Below the pieces are notes generated by a model. That model saw nothing but the letters and a program-made list of their open reading frames with translations, ran no database searches and had not been told where the DNA came from. A DNA stretch of 64,000 nt from positions 2,790,001-2,854,000 of the forward strand of contig NC_043008.1 in NCBI RefSeq assembly GCF_006345805.1. The letters are read 5' to 3'. The stretch comes from Octopus sinensis. Taxonomy: Eukaryota. Shown one piece after another: positions 13,185 through 26,086 of the stretch; the first letter of the stretch is position 1, and each line of letters starts with the position of its first letter. Made by a program: the position numbers and the translations under genes.

Positions 13185-13412
13185 GGAGGTACATGGCCTA
13201 GTGGTTAGAGCAGCGGACTCGCGATCGAAGGATTTCGGGATCGAATCTCAGACCGAGCGATACGTGTGTTTATGAGTGAAACACTGCTGACTCTTTCGTC
13301 ACAACTTTCTCTCACTTTTGCCTACTGCATCTTGCAGCTCACCTGCGACGAACCGGCGTCCCATCCAGATGGGGAACCTATACGCCAAGGTAACTGTGAA
13401 ACCGGCCCTATT
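13185..13412 (+). mobile_element. tRNA-derived SINE with V-domain-like body
   Basis: A box tggcctagtggttagagc, B box-like ggatcgaatc, and body cctgcgacgaaccggcgtcccatccag resembling the V-SINE motif ctgcgatggactggc...tccag (from recollection). Confidence 0.7.
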
Positions 13413-13593
13413 ATATGATATTAGTAAGTGCATGCCAAGCTTATCTTCGAAAACATGCCAATAGCTACGTCATTCATTATTTCAAGACTCCGCTACAAAT
13501 GGAGGGCGTATTTGAATACACACCAAATTTTCCTTGTTTCTAGAAGGATTTCTACTTAAAAAAGGTTTAACTTATATTTTACTCGTTAATTCA

Positions 13594-13691
13594 CCTGGCC
13601 AAAAACAAAGTACTGGAAACAACCGACGCAGACAGAGAGGAAAAATAACGAAAATCAATCGGTATTTGATTACCCATGGACGCGGCTGAAG
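13594..13691 (+). repeat. Dispersed copy of the interior of the 15712-16141 MITE
   Basis: Near-identical to 15811-15907 (cctgg.caaaaaca.agtactggaaacaaccgacgcagac...gcggctgaag). Confidence 0.85.
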
Positions 13692-14904
13692 CGGCCAGAC
13701 TAACTTCTCAGTATCACTTGTTAATTTCTACAGCCATTTGTTTTTCCACCGTTTATCATATTTTTGTACTAATATGACAAAACACAAAAAAAGCTTAAAA
13801 GCGCTGGTCTTATTTCGCTTTGTAAGCCATTAAAGAATCGCAGATTTATGAGAAAATTTCCTCTTATGCTGTTTGTTTCGAATTTTTTTTTTTTAGTTTT
13901 TGTAAATTTAAAAGCAACACTGACAAACAAGAAAAAAGCGATTAAATTGATCCTTGAACCTTTAATTAAGCAAAAACTTGAAAAAGATGGGATATTAATA
14001 GAACAAAATATATTTCGGTTTTACAATTTTATAACAACAGAAACAAAAAACGATAACTGTAAGTTATGGACTTAAGTGAAAGAAAACAGCCGCTAGCAAT
14101 GGAAATTAAGAGGAAGGGAACATTTCTTCATGATAAAAATTCGTATGGTTTGCTTTTAAATTTCTTTTTTATCTCAATTTGATTGCATTATTTGCAGTTC
14201 ATTTACTTGAAATTTTTTCTTTCTCTGCATTTCTTTATTTTACGCGTGTGCTTTACTTGTGATTGTGATTCTCTTTTTTCCAGAGACACTTGCTCATAGA
14301 ATTCAACCATTGCCTAGAATTCTAAGTGGGCAAGCGAAAAGACAGAAGACGAATTCTTTATTAGCATTCTCTGAAGAAATCTGCTTCGAAATGATTCAAT
14401 TAAAATAACGAGAATTTATTTTGCTTCTTTCTTCGAGGAGTTCTATATGTTAACCTGCTTCTATGTGTTTCTTTTTTAATGAAAATGAAGGGGAAATGTC
14501 ATCAGTTGATAGTTTGGAAGAATACAACATAAAGATTTTCATTTGGGATTGTTTCTTTCCTGCAAAATACATTGTATATGCGGCCTAGAAAGATTCGTAT
14601 GTTCATATATTTATGTATACCCTATATACATGTATGTGAGTGAACACATATATCTATATCTCCTACTTCTCTGCTGCACACACACACAAACACACCCACG
14701 TATATAAATTCTATATATATATAATGCTGTCAGGTATGTGGAATTAGAAGCCAGATAAATAAATTTAAACATAATATGGTATATAGGGAATTAGGCATTT
14801 TGGAGCGTGAGCAGAATTTATGCGAGTTACTGGTGAAAAAGCCAAACTGTCGTCTACGTTTTTCATATATTCTCCACTTCATACAAAACCAGGTTATTTG
14901 TGTG

Positions 14905-14969
14905 TATATATATAAACACACACACACACACACACGCACACACACACACTCATATATATATATATATAG

Positions 14970-15048
<79 letters not shown>

Positions 15049-15071
15049 TATATGTATCCTTATATATGTGG

Positions 15072-15102
<31 letters not shown>

Positions 15103-15220
15103 ATATAAAAGGAAATGAAGAAAATGCTGACAAATAATTGAAGTAATTTAAGTAAATTAATAAGGTGAAAGTTCTTTTACCGCTTGCGCATTTGTTATGC
15201 TTATCAAAATATGATATATG

Positions 15221-15251
<31 letters not shown>

Positions 15252-15265
15252 GAGAGAGAGATGTG

Positions 15266-15360
<95 letters not shown>

Positions 15361-15362
15361 TA

Positions 15363-15408
<46 letters not shown>
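14905..15408. repeat. Interrupted (CA)n/(TA)n microsatellite block
   Basis: Direct inspection. Confidence 0.95.
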
Positions 15409-15410
<2 letters not shown>

Positions 15411-15607
15411 AATTAAGGACTGAACACGAAAAGTGGACAGTCAACATGCTAGATATAGACGTCAAATCGCCATTCTCCACAAAGATTATGTTCTCAAATC
15501 AAACTCAGCACATAATCTTTGAGAACATAATCTTTGTGGAGAATGGCGATTTGACGTCTATATCTAGCGTGTTGACTGTCCACTTTTCGTGTTCAGTCCT
15601 TAATTGG
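15409..15607. mobile_element. Foldback/MITE hairpin with 90-bp arms, flanked by TA
   Basis: 15409-15498 is the reverse complement of 15518-15607 with one mismatch. 19-nt spacer, TA on both sides. Confidence 0.8.
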
Positions 15608-15711
15608 TATATGTAAATATTTTAATCTTCGGATTCTTTTTAATATGCCAGACCACTGGTTTTAATTGATAAATATCAATTTCTAGCCTTAATTAATTTT
15701 ATATATATACA

Positions 15712-16141
15712 TTATAATTGGCGTTCAGCAAAGATTTGCTTTACCACATACCGAAGTTTAGAAATAGCAGCCAAAGAACCTTAGCTATTTTTCTACTTTA
15801 AGAAGAGACTCCTGGACAAAAACATAGTACTGGAAACAACCGACGCAGACAGAGAGGAAAATAAAGAAAATCAATCGGTATTTGATTACCCATGGACGCG
15901 GCTGAAGTGGAAAATGTTTGGGTAAAGTATGAATTCCACATTCTTTATACCGATCTAATTTCGAAACACGACTGATTGGTTTTCATTATTTTTCCGCTTT
16001 TTCTGCGTGGCTTGTTTCGTGTACTTTGATTTTGTCCGGGAGTCTCTTCTTAAAGTAGAAGAAATAGGCTAAGGTTCTTTGGCTGCTATTTCTAAACTTC
16101 GTTATGTGGTAAAGCAAATCTTTGCTGAACGCCAATTATAA
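15712..16141. mobile_element. MITE with long terminal inverted repeats
   Basis: ttataattggcgttcagcaaagatttgctttaccacata... mirrored by ...tatgtggtaaagcaaatctttgctgaacgccaattataa. Arms are strong for about 110 bp and weaker to about 170 bp. Consistent with a TA target site. Confidence 0.85.
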
Positions 16142-16222
16142 AATATTGTTTATGTTTACCAAGAGATGGTCCTTTTTCATGCCGAATTCTACTTGGTGAA
16201 ATTAATTAATTTTACCCTTTGT

Positions 16223-16304
<82 letters not shown>

Positions 16305-16491
16305 CATACATACACATGCGACATGTGTATGTATGGGCATGCGCTATTACGCGATTACTATGAACATATTTACTCCCGTGCATTTACTCCCTGTCCTTAC
16401 TTAGCGGTCATTCTAATAGTTCTTTTGTCTTAATAACGGTAATTTCACTTTGCTTTAACGGTCATTTTCATAGCATTTTTTTCGATGGCCC

Positions 16492-16539
16492 GATAACTGA
16501 AGAGATGCCGCCCCGGCATCCGAAACTCGGAGTTTTATC
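16492..16539 (+). ncRNA. Type I hammerhead ribozyme motif
   Basis: Stem I GATAA/TTATC, core CTGAAGA, stem II GATGCCG-CCC-CGGCATC plus one extra C, GAAA, stem III ACT-CGG-AGT, and cleavage triplet GUU at 16532-16534. Confidence 0.7.
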
Positions 16540-16689
16540 ATGGATGTTCACTCAAATCCCTTGTTTCAGGCATTTTACTGCTTATTAACTGTATCTGTAA
16601 TGTATTCTAGCATAAAACTCTGAAATAATCAATGAAATATAAGTTAATTTTGGACGTTGGTCTAACTCATAATTAGTGACATATATACA

Positions 16690-16862
16690 GTACAGTATAA
16701 AAGCGGTAATTGATGCTAAAGGAGGATCAACCACATATTAAAACAAGTGCATATTGTGAAATATATCATAACCTACCACGTGCACGAGTTTCCTTAACAA
16801 TGAGAAAGCAGAACCCCAAAACCTTGGGGTAGCCTAAATATTTTTGCCAAGATGTATATATA
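16690..16862 (+). mobile_element. Tc1-like transposon 3' relic
   Basis: KAVIDAKGGSTTY* resembles the Tc1 C-terminal AVI.AKGG.TKY. Ends with tttttgccaagatg|tata. Confidence 0.4.
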
Positions 16863-17392
16863 TATACATTGTGTACAACTCCGTTTGCAAACAAAATTCT
16901 GGGCTATAAAAGAAACTCCTTTACTCTTACTCGTTTTCCCCATATAACTTGCCTTTCAAACCGAAAGGTGAGAATTTTCTTAAAGAGTGTTCATATTATT
17001 ACCTCCGAAGACGGAGTTATTGTTTTCAGGATGGATACGGATAAAACTAAACTATTTTTCCTGTTTTTTCCTTAATATTTTATTGGGATCGTGTTCATTT
17101 TTAGTATATTTTCCAGAGTAGTCGAGTTTATTTCAGATATTCTTATATCAAAACTCATTTCCTTTTAATTGTTGAGAGGACGTTAGTGTTGTATTGACAG
17201 TGGTTTGTGCTCTGTGATTGCTCATGTTGTATAATGTTTCTAATACATTTCGAGAAAATAAATATCTTAACAAATATAGATAGAACTTTTGTAAATTTCT
17301 AAACAATCGTAAAAAATACATTTCTTCTAAAATTCAAAAATGCAGTAAAAGCTACTCATCGTGCGTCACCACCCTCTACACACATACACACA

Positions 17393-17446
<54 letters not shown>

Positions 17447-18046
17447 CCTATGTACTCACACTTATGCTCAAGCATCTACAAATAAGCGTATATGCATGGC
17501 ATGAGTGTGTGTGTACGTGCGTGTCCGTCTATATGACTGTATGCCTTTGTGTGAGTGTGTTTGTACATTATTCGTTTCTAATGCGTATTCATGTGCCACT
17601 AAATTTTGTATTTTAACGAGGGTTCAATAATGCCGGTAAATGTAAGATTAAGGGTCCCTCATGGTATAATTATCACTATAAATCTCTTGTATAGTAATTA
17701 TCAAGCAGAAATAATCGTTATTCTTTCCTATTGCGATAACAGACGTTTCAACTCTAGCATATTAACGAGCCTCTTCAATCGTTCTGTATGCAGGTGGTCG
17801 TGTCTGCTTAATTGTCTCCATGGCATTTTGAAGGGGAGATGTGTAGGGTGAAGGTACCCTGTTTTCTTTCTATGCTCATTATTTATCGATCATTAATTTA
17901 AATTTATACTGCTAAAGCAACTTACCTTCAAAAGAAAACAGATACAAGATTATGTTTTTGTGTTTATTTCTGGTCGTTCTTTAGTGATAATAATGAATTG
18001 AGCTGAGATGTGAAACTGACTGTCGTATTAAATGTGTAATATATTC

Positions 18047-18119
<73 letters not shown>

Positions 18120-18744
18120 CGCAGATATTCGCGCTTAAGTCAATTTCAAATCAACCACATATGACAGCAATTATCTCGGGTATCTCCATATTGTACAAGA
18201 ATATTTAGATATAAACGATAGTCAAGTTCTCGTTCTTTTTTACCCAATACTTCCAAACATTGACATTCGTATTGAATAATTCCCGTATATCAGACAACAA
18301 TATGCGCGAATGAAAAATTGCGTTTACTGTTTCTGACAAAATGATGTGACAGACACAAGTTTGTTATGTTTTGGAATATTCTTGTTTGTTTAGGAGAATT
18401 CTTGTGATGTCCAACAGCAATGAAAGAAAAATGTGTTGTTTGTAATAACAGGTCAGCGAAAAGGAAGTTTTTTTTAAATATAATATTAATAATTGTTTAT
18501 TACTTTACATAAATATTGGTGCTAATTCGAAATATCAATAAAGTCCTTTATCATTGGCTAGGATTTGCTCACAATTTAATAAAATATACCATAACTTGAA
18601 GAAAAATATATAGTATACCATAACGAAACTAATAAAAATGAATTTGAATCTTTATTTATCAGGATAGAGCGGTAAAACAGGTAAGGAAAAACCATCTTTC
18701 AAGCGTATTTTATTCTCAGTTGGAAATTACGCCTAGAAGTCATT

Positions 18745-19124
18745 TTTTTGAGTCGACATGTAACAATAGATTGCCAGTATATTGTTATTCCTTTTTCCTT
18801 GATATCTTCTTCTCATCTTTCTTATGCCTTCATGAAACTATTCTCCTTAATTCTCATACACAGACACCAGATTTTCTGGAAAAAATCCAGATGCGCAGGT
18901 AGGAAATGAACATAAGTGCTCATATTACATCCTAAGACCTCGAACATTTCCAACATTCTTCTCACTCTGTCTCAGTTTTGGGGTCCTTTTCATTGCCAAA
19001 GAAATTCTTCATCTTTAAAAGTAATCTATGCATATTTTCCGGAATCACTAAAAGTGTTTTCGAATAGTTCATTAGTGATGAGATTAATTATACATTCATC
19101 GATTAGAGCAGGAAACTGGATTCC
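18745..19124 (-). mobile_element. Decayed Chapaev3-like (CMC) DNA transposase fragment
   Basis: Minus frame with stops: ...MLEMFEVLGCNM...GFFPENLVSVYEN*GE*FHEGIRKMRRRYQGK...ILAIYCYM. Matches the LGCNMSLK.HFLHSHLDFFPENLGAVSDE.GERFHQDI..ME.RYQG...MADYCW motif. Chapaev3 assignment is from memory. Confidence 0.7.
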
Positions 19125-21384
19125 TTAGGAGCACGTGTATTTTAGATGGGGGTAATCAGTCTGCAACAGAAATTGAAAAACCAATGAGGAAAATGTTTAG
19201 GTCTGCTTTGGTTTGATGTAATCTCCCAGACGCTCTGACAAGTATTTCAAAATATACGCTCGGTCAGTCCCAATATGGAAAAACAAACGAACTTGAATAT
19301 TATATTGAGGATGACGACGATGTCGATGAAGATGATGACAATGACAACGATGATGGTGACGACGACACGACGACTACGATGATGATCATGATAATGATGA
19401 TAGTGGTAGTGGTGTAGATGGTAGGAATGGTAATGGAATCTGCATAAATGTTGCCGGTGTGTATCCATGTATATTGCTCATAATATAATCCAAAATTGAA
19501 AATCTTGTTAACATGACAGATCGTTAGAATCCTTTTGCCTCTTCGCATAGCTCCTCCTCTTCCTCTCTGCAACATTACCACTACAACTGACACACTTTTG
19601 TCTGTGATAATGCCGCACTCACACTGGCAGACCGTACGTGCACTCGATGAATTCTTCCCCTGCTGCTCTGTTTTAGATTACACTGTTTTGCAGAGGTCTT
19701 TCTATAGATCTCATCATAATACATAACAATTAATAATTCACCACTACTGCACCCAACACATATATCACTCCGTATCATATTTCAATTATGATAATTAGCA
19801 CAATGAAAATAATGCTCGCTGATCAGCATTATGAGAGAAGAGCAATTATAAAATATAGGCCAACATCTTTAGCATACCTATTCTTTTTTATTAGTATATT
19901 CTACCATTTATTACGATATCGATTGCAATGTACAATTAGAATTTATTTATATCATTAATTTTGTGTAATTTCTTTTCATCGTTTGTATTATTTCTCCATT
20001 CTTTTTTCCTTCTTTGACATTTAGAATCAATATTTTCATAATTTAAAAAAAGTAGTTAGTTCACATTGTTTTGCGATTCATACATAATTTAAAGGTCTAG
20101 CATTCTGAATAGAATACTTTATTCTTTTATCACAGAACTATGTAATCTTTTAATTTATATAATTAAGAGAATGAAATGTGATTATTGCATAAATATCGAT
20201 ATTACTGTAAAACCTGATGATGGTGTTAAACTGATAATGATATTAAATATGATAGTTGTATAAAACTTATAACAGTCTTTAGAGTAAAAAAAAAAAGATT
20301 TGAAAAAAATATCTAGAATTCTGGAATAATTCCAAATTTTGTGAAAATTAATGCTTGGCTTATTTCAGCGGTAGTCAGGAAGCCCAAGTCGACAATAATT
20401 GCCATTTAGATTCAGGAATACAGTTCTTTAAAAAAATATTGAAATAAACATTAACCGAATAAAAAACGAACGAAATTCCGTTTTAGCACTAATCAACCAT
20501 TTCATTCATGATTTTTTCTTAAACAATTGATCAATTGTATTAAATTGCCTTAAAATAGAACCATTGTTGAGATTTCTTCAAAATCCATAGACAAAATCGG
20601 AATCAGATATCTAAATAACTGTAAGCTAATTTAAAATTTACACTTTGCCTCGCATGTCAATAATTATAATTACAATTTTTTTTTAAATCATTAAGAATTA
20701 ATCACAAACTCTCGTTTGTTTTTTCAAATATTAAAAACATACATAAAATGTAAACATCTGTTGTTCGCCCAGTATTCCTGAAAAGGCCGTGGTGGTTGAG
20801 TCCCCTTGATGTCGTTACCATAGAGTCGTACCAGAAGCTAAGATTCCTAAGAGTTACGAACTGAAAACATGGATATTAGTCAGCCCTCTTGTTATTGACC
20901 TACCGCTAATTCGCTCGCCGGTTACTTCAACTACACTGATCTGCCCTGTGATTCCTTTATACGAAATCTTAATTATATGTCTGTAATGCCGGAGTAGTGA
21001 TTTCTCAATGTCAAAAATGAATGTCACTATCGACACATGCCGGTCTCAGAACTACGCACCCCGATAAATAACGTTACTCCTGAGGTCTTCGCCCCTTTTA
21101 TTTGCGATCATACAATTTTGGTTTTTAAATATACTAAAGGGTAAACATGGTTAAAGAAATAGCAAAACACATGCAAGTACTCAGTTCTATTGACCAAAGT
21201 GCTTGATTTTTAGAAGTCTTAAAATGAGGAGGGCATTGGTGAACTTGACTGGATTCGTAGTCATAAAACAATCAGCCGGAAAATAGATTACAAGGTAATT
21301 CTAGACGTTCTAATATTACTGACAGAACATAGGGCGTTAGCTATGCAATAATAATGTTTTCTGATTAAATCAAATGGTAATGCA

Positions 21385-21760
21385 TTTGTAGTTGGGAGAC
21401 TAGTCAATATCGTCGGCTCCAGTATTCCAAGTGGTGGCTACATCATTTTAACTATCCGAAATGATAAAAATTCGACTTCGCTGGAATTTGAACTCCGGAG
21501 AAAGTAGACAGAAAATATAGAGGAGAACATTTGTTTTTCGAAGATATAGTGATTCAGGCAATACGCCAACCGTGAAATATGTATAAATAATTCTTTCTAG
21601 CTTAAGGCCTGAAATTTCAGGGAAACTACTCGTACACCGTTTACCTATCCGAAAATGCTGATAGCTATAGATGACGTCGGCGGAATTTGAACGCAGGACG
21701 TCATGCCAGAAGAAATGCCGCCAAACATTTTGTACTGGGTGCTAAAGATTCTATTTTCTC
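21385..21760 (-). mobile_element. Two degenerate family A SINE fragments
   Basis: tcgacttcgctggaatttgaactc and gacgtcggcggaatttgaacgcaggacg, the reverse complement of the SINE B-box region. Confidence 0.6.
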
Positions 21761-21891
21761 CCGGGTGCTAATGTGTTTTGATAATGATCGTAAAAGAAAA
21801 AATAGGATAATTGCAATTATGAAAATATTCTTTTATCGATATTACCGAGAGTTTCTAAGTGGTTTTCAATATTGACTTATTAAAGAAAGTG

Positions 21892-22140
21892 TAGGCGCGT
21901 GGCTTAGCGATTAGGACGTACGATTTATGAGAGTATGATTTTGGTTTTTTTGGCTCCTGAACAATCGGGTGACGTGTCGTGTTATTGAGCACAACACTTC
22001 GTTTCACGTTGCTTCAGTTCGCTCAGATGGTGAACAATGAGTAATCGACCGACGGAATGGCGTCGAGTCCAGGTTACGAATATATACGCCGTAGAAACCG
22101 GGAAATCGACCGCCATCGGTCAAAATGACTCTAGAAGGAG
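21892..22140 (+). mobile_element. Degenerate tRNA-derived SINE (CORE/V-like body)
   Basis: ggcgcgtggcttagcgattagga head, gtgttattgagcacaacact..tttcacgttgcttcagttc, and tatacgccgtagaaaccgggaaa similar to the end of the 13185 SINE. Confidence 0.6.
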
Positions 22141-23344
22141 CTTTGCATTTTGTTCTTTACTACGTTTACAAAAAAAAGAATTGAAGTGCTTTACGAAAGC
22201 TCCAAATTTATTTCTTTTATTTTCGAAACATTCAAAATTGCTTTTTGACATAAATGTAATTTGAGTTGCATCTTTTGGTAAACATCTTGGACTGCAATAT
22301 TGAGGAACTTTAATTTTGCCTCATATTTCACGCTGTTGGATGCCGTTCTGGGTTTGTTCTTATCTTATGCCTCTTTTCATTTCGTCCCTAAATATATTTG
22401 TGTATTTTTGAGATAAGAAACTAAAATATATTTTCGTCTTTCATTTGTTATCGCTTTTGTTTAGTCCCAAACCAACGCCCAGAATGATCAAGAAACCAAA
22501 GCGATTTATGATGATATGCATTAAAGGAATCATCATTATGTTATGTTTTCCTCTAACTGCATGTGGACCATATTACTGAATGTAGCCTATCAGTATTGTA
22601 GATGCTAATGATTGCTTTGGGAGCGATTTAACAAGCATTAGAAACAGGTCGAGTGACACTGCAGAATTTCTTCCAGATGCAGAGCAGTAAAAATTTCATA
22701 AAACAGTAAAATTTCTACTCATTAACACCTTAAACATAAACAGAGAAGATCAAATAACAATACGCTGAATGCTGTTAGTTTTATGTTGCAGTTTATGACT
22801 GATTGACTTTGGAATCTCTAATTAGAATACCATAATTTTCATAATGAGAAATGAATATGATAATGGTTCGAACAGCTAAATCAATATCATATGAAGCTGT
22901 TGTTGTTGTCAAAGTTATTTATTTCAAGGTCGTTTCTAATTGAGCACATCTATGATCATAGCGATTTCTCATAATACATAGATGTAGTCTTCATCGTGTG
23001 TCAGGGATTTCATAATCGTATATCGTATTTGTCACACAAGGTAAGATGGATTTTTGGAGTAGTGGGGAGAGGGACATGCAGTGATTCCAAAACCGCTCCT
23101 TTAATATAGCAGTATGACCTCAAGATTTCAAAACGCTAATTAGATGTATTTAAATCGGGAGTAATTTTTAAAATTTTTGACAGTATTCATTTGTCATTAT
23201 AAAGCAGACGTTTCCTTTTCTATATTAAATCAGATACTACATTGTCGAATGTGCACACCCTTTATAGGTTCGCAGTGAATGTTTTTGAATAAATTTGGCT
23301 GCCATTGTTAGGCTGATGTTTATTACTTTGATTTCATTTCTATG

Positions 23345-23520
23345 AATATTGATTTCAAATGTTTGAACAAGGCCAGCAAGTTTGCTGAAGGAGGAGCTAC
23401 GTCGATTCAATCGACCCCAGTGTTCAACTTTATCGACCGCGAAAGGATGAATGGCAACGATGACCCGGCCAAATTCTAACTGAGAACATAAAGACGGGCG
23501 AAATACTCCTAAGCCCTACT
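23345..23520 (-). mobile_element. Family A SINE, degenerate
   Basis: atcgaccccagtg...tttatcgacc.cgaaaggatgaa...aaagacgggcgaaata. Confidence 0.65.
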
Positions 23521-24479
23521 GCTATCTCGATGACTTCATTTCGATGAATATTGAGACGCAATTACAATTCCATAGAAATTAATAGAAGTTAAAAACATGA
23601 TTTTCATTACAGCAACATTGGTTTTACATCCGACATAAAATAATTAGATTTTGCAAAAGGGTTTTATAGTATTATACCCTGACACAGAGGTCTGACGGCA
23701 AAAAAAGCAAACCCACATAATGGGGAAAGTATAGACCTGGTGGCAAACAGGGTTTAATACTTCACATAAGACATATTGTCGCATAGTATCCGTTTCAAAA
23801 CCAAACACAGAAAAGCAATATTTCAACATTATGAATGTCATTTCCTTAAACATTTATCTGTTGCTATTTGCTTGTTTTAGTAACTGAACTGCGGGATTAG
23901 TCGGACAGATCGCCCCCAGTACATAACTTGGTCCATAGTATGGCATGCAAAACTATACAATATTATTTCCAAGAGATTCGGTGATTTCTGTTTTTCTCAT
24001 GGCAGTGTTCTTGTAAACTGTTTAAGGCACAACAACTGCTTCGGCCGACATTTTCCTCGACAAAAACAAAATTTTACGGAAGCCCACTGTTCCTTCGTTT
24101 CAGCCATCGCAAATCAACGAACTAGGGAGAAGAACCACAAGACAAAGTCGCCGCACGTTGCATTATGAACCGACTGGGAAATACCGGTTGTCAGCGTCAG
24201 ATCATGTGGCTCCTATCTATGTATATAATTTGTTTATCCGAACAAGCCTCTCTCTCTTTCACTCTCTCTCTCTCACGCTTTGTATACACACACTTACATA
24301 TACACACATACCCACCATATATATATATATATATATATATGTATTGCAATCCAGGATGTAGTAGATCCTTTCTTTGTACCACTGATATGAGTTATATATT
24401 GCTGACAAAATATTGTTTACTGAGTTCTCATACAAGAAATGTGAAAATCATATATATATGTTATGTGTAAAATTTATAT

Positions 24480-24671
24480 AGAGAGAGGGGGAGAGGGGAG
24501 AGCGGGGGAGAGGGGAGAGAGGGTGAAACATAGACAGTCATACAGACAGACAGATAGACAGATAGATAGATATATAGATAGATAGATAGATGGATACATA
24601 CATACATGCATACATACATACATAGATGGATAGATAGAAAGATATATATATTTAGTTAGATAGATAGATAC

Positions 24672-24734
<63 letters not shown>

Positions 24735-24740
24735 CATAGA
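24480..24740. repeat. (GA)/(GACA)/(GATA)n compound microsatellite
   Basis: Direct inspection. Confidence 0.95.
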
Positions 24741-25439
24741 TAATGATATTTCATTCGCTGTCTGTACGAAATATCTTATATTTTACCTAACATATAAAGC
24801 TTTGCAATTCCTATTAACAAATGCAACATATGTAATGCTGAGTAAATAAAACTAAGATTATTTTCCAACGTCATTAACAAGAGATCCTTCATGAGGTCTT
24901 CTTTCGATTATCATTGAATAAAGACTGCCATTTCTTTATGAACCTGTATATATCACTACTGAACTTGTAACCAGGTATTCAACCTACCACAACTAGTAGT
25001 AATATCTCGTACATTCCATATTAATTGTCCATAAATTCGATCCTGCATTGCAAGAATTCAATTGTAATTATATTAAATGTTCTTTTCGCCATTGCTGGAC
25101 TTACTTTGATCATGGATCTGGGAAGTCAGTTGTGAGCTTAACTTAACAACCGCAATAAATATAATAGCAGCAACAACCGCAATAAATATAATAGCAGCAA
25201 AACTAAGCTGGATAATGACCGGGATTGCTTTAGACAGTGATTAACCAATTTACTTTCCAAGGAACAGAATCCTTTAACCCGTTCCACATAATGTGCCAGT
25301 GAGTAGACGTAACAAATTTCAGTTTTGCTCTCTTCAGACAATCCAAGTTGCCGATCATCTTTTAAGGAAGAATGGCAAAAGTTAGACGAGAGAATGTTTT
25401 TATTTTTATAATTTAGTAATCATCTATGCTTACCTGCAG

Positions 25440-25505
25440 AATTTCGAAGATAATAGAGGAAGCAAAATATAAAAAGAGAATTGGCGCAGTTCTGGCAGAC
25501 TTTGC
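25440..25505 (+). mobile_element. Possible ancient LINE reverse transcriptase relic
   Basis: RISKIIEEAKYKKRIGAVLADF resembles the segment preceding the D.SKAFD motif of CR1/L2 reverse transcriptases. Confidence 0.3.
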
Positions 25506-26019
25506 GTGAATTTAATTACCAGTACAGATGCTTTAATCTAAGTGTATTGATGTCTTTATTACATCACAAACAATGATTCGTAGTTTTAGAATTCGACGAT
25601 GAAATAAAGAATTGTTGCTTCCTATTGTGGAAAATTCTTTGCATGAATTAGCTGCAAACATAAAATTTGAATTATGTCCAAAGCTAATTACCTAGATTAG
25701 AAGTTGTCCTCTTCCTGTTCTGACGATTATCTAAATCTCTTCTCCATAAAGACATAATTTTCTTATTTTACTGTATACTCCTTTCATTATTGTTCATCGA
25801 TTGGTATGGTGGCCTTAGTCTATCCGACCATTAGCTTTAATCATTTTAGATTGTAACCACGTTTCTAATGAACTATGGAGAAATTCGCTATATATGATAA
25901 TGAGTGTCGGAGAACTGATAGAAACCGTTTTCTAATTTACAATCCACGTAGAGCCGTGCACACATACAGGGTTACATAAATATGTGAGCAATATATGTGT
26001 GTATGCATGTATATATACA

Positions 26020-26082
<63 letters not shown>

Positions 26083-26086
<4 letters not shown>

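Noticed and set aside
13185-13270. tRNA gene
   Set aside because: No acceptor stem or complete cloverleaf. It continues into a SINE body.
18663-19020. Plus-strand exon chain (DRAVKQ / TPDFLEKIQMR / FWGPFHC...) with good AG/GT sites
   Set aside because: Most of it is the antisense of the Chapaev3-like transposase relic, which explains the sequence better.
20890-20945. GITGQISVVEVTGER as an ANF-receptor or iGluR-like exon on the minus strand
   Set aside because: Weak acceptor, short match and no companion exons.
25100-25230. Hydrophobic minus-strand exon with donor AAA|GTAAGT
   Set aside because: The hydrophobicity comes from an AT-rich 27-bp tandem duplication (25145-25198) next to a probable LINE relic.
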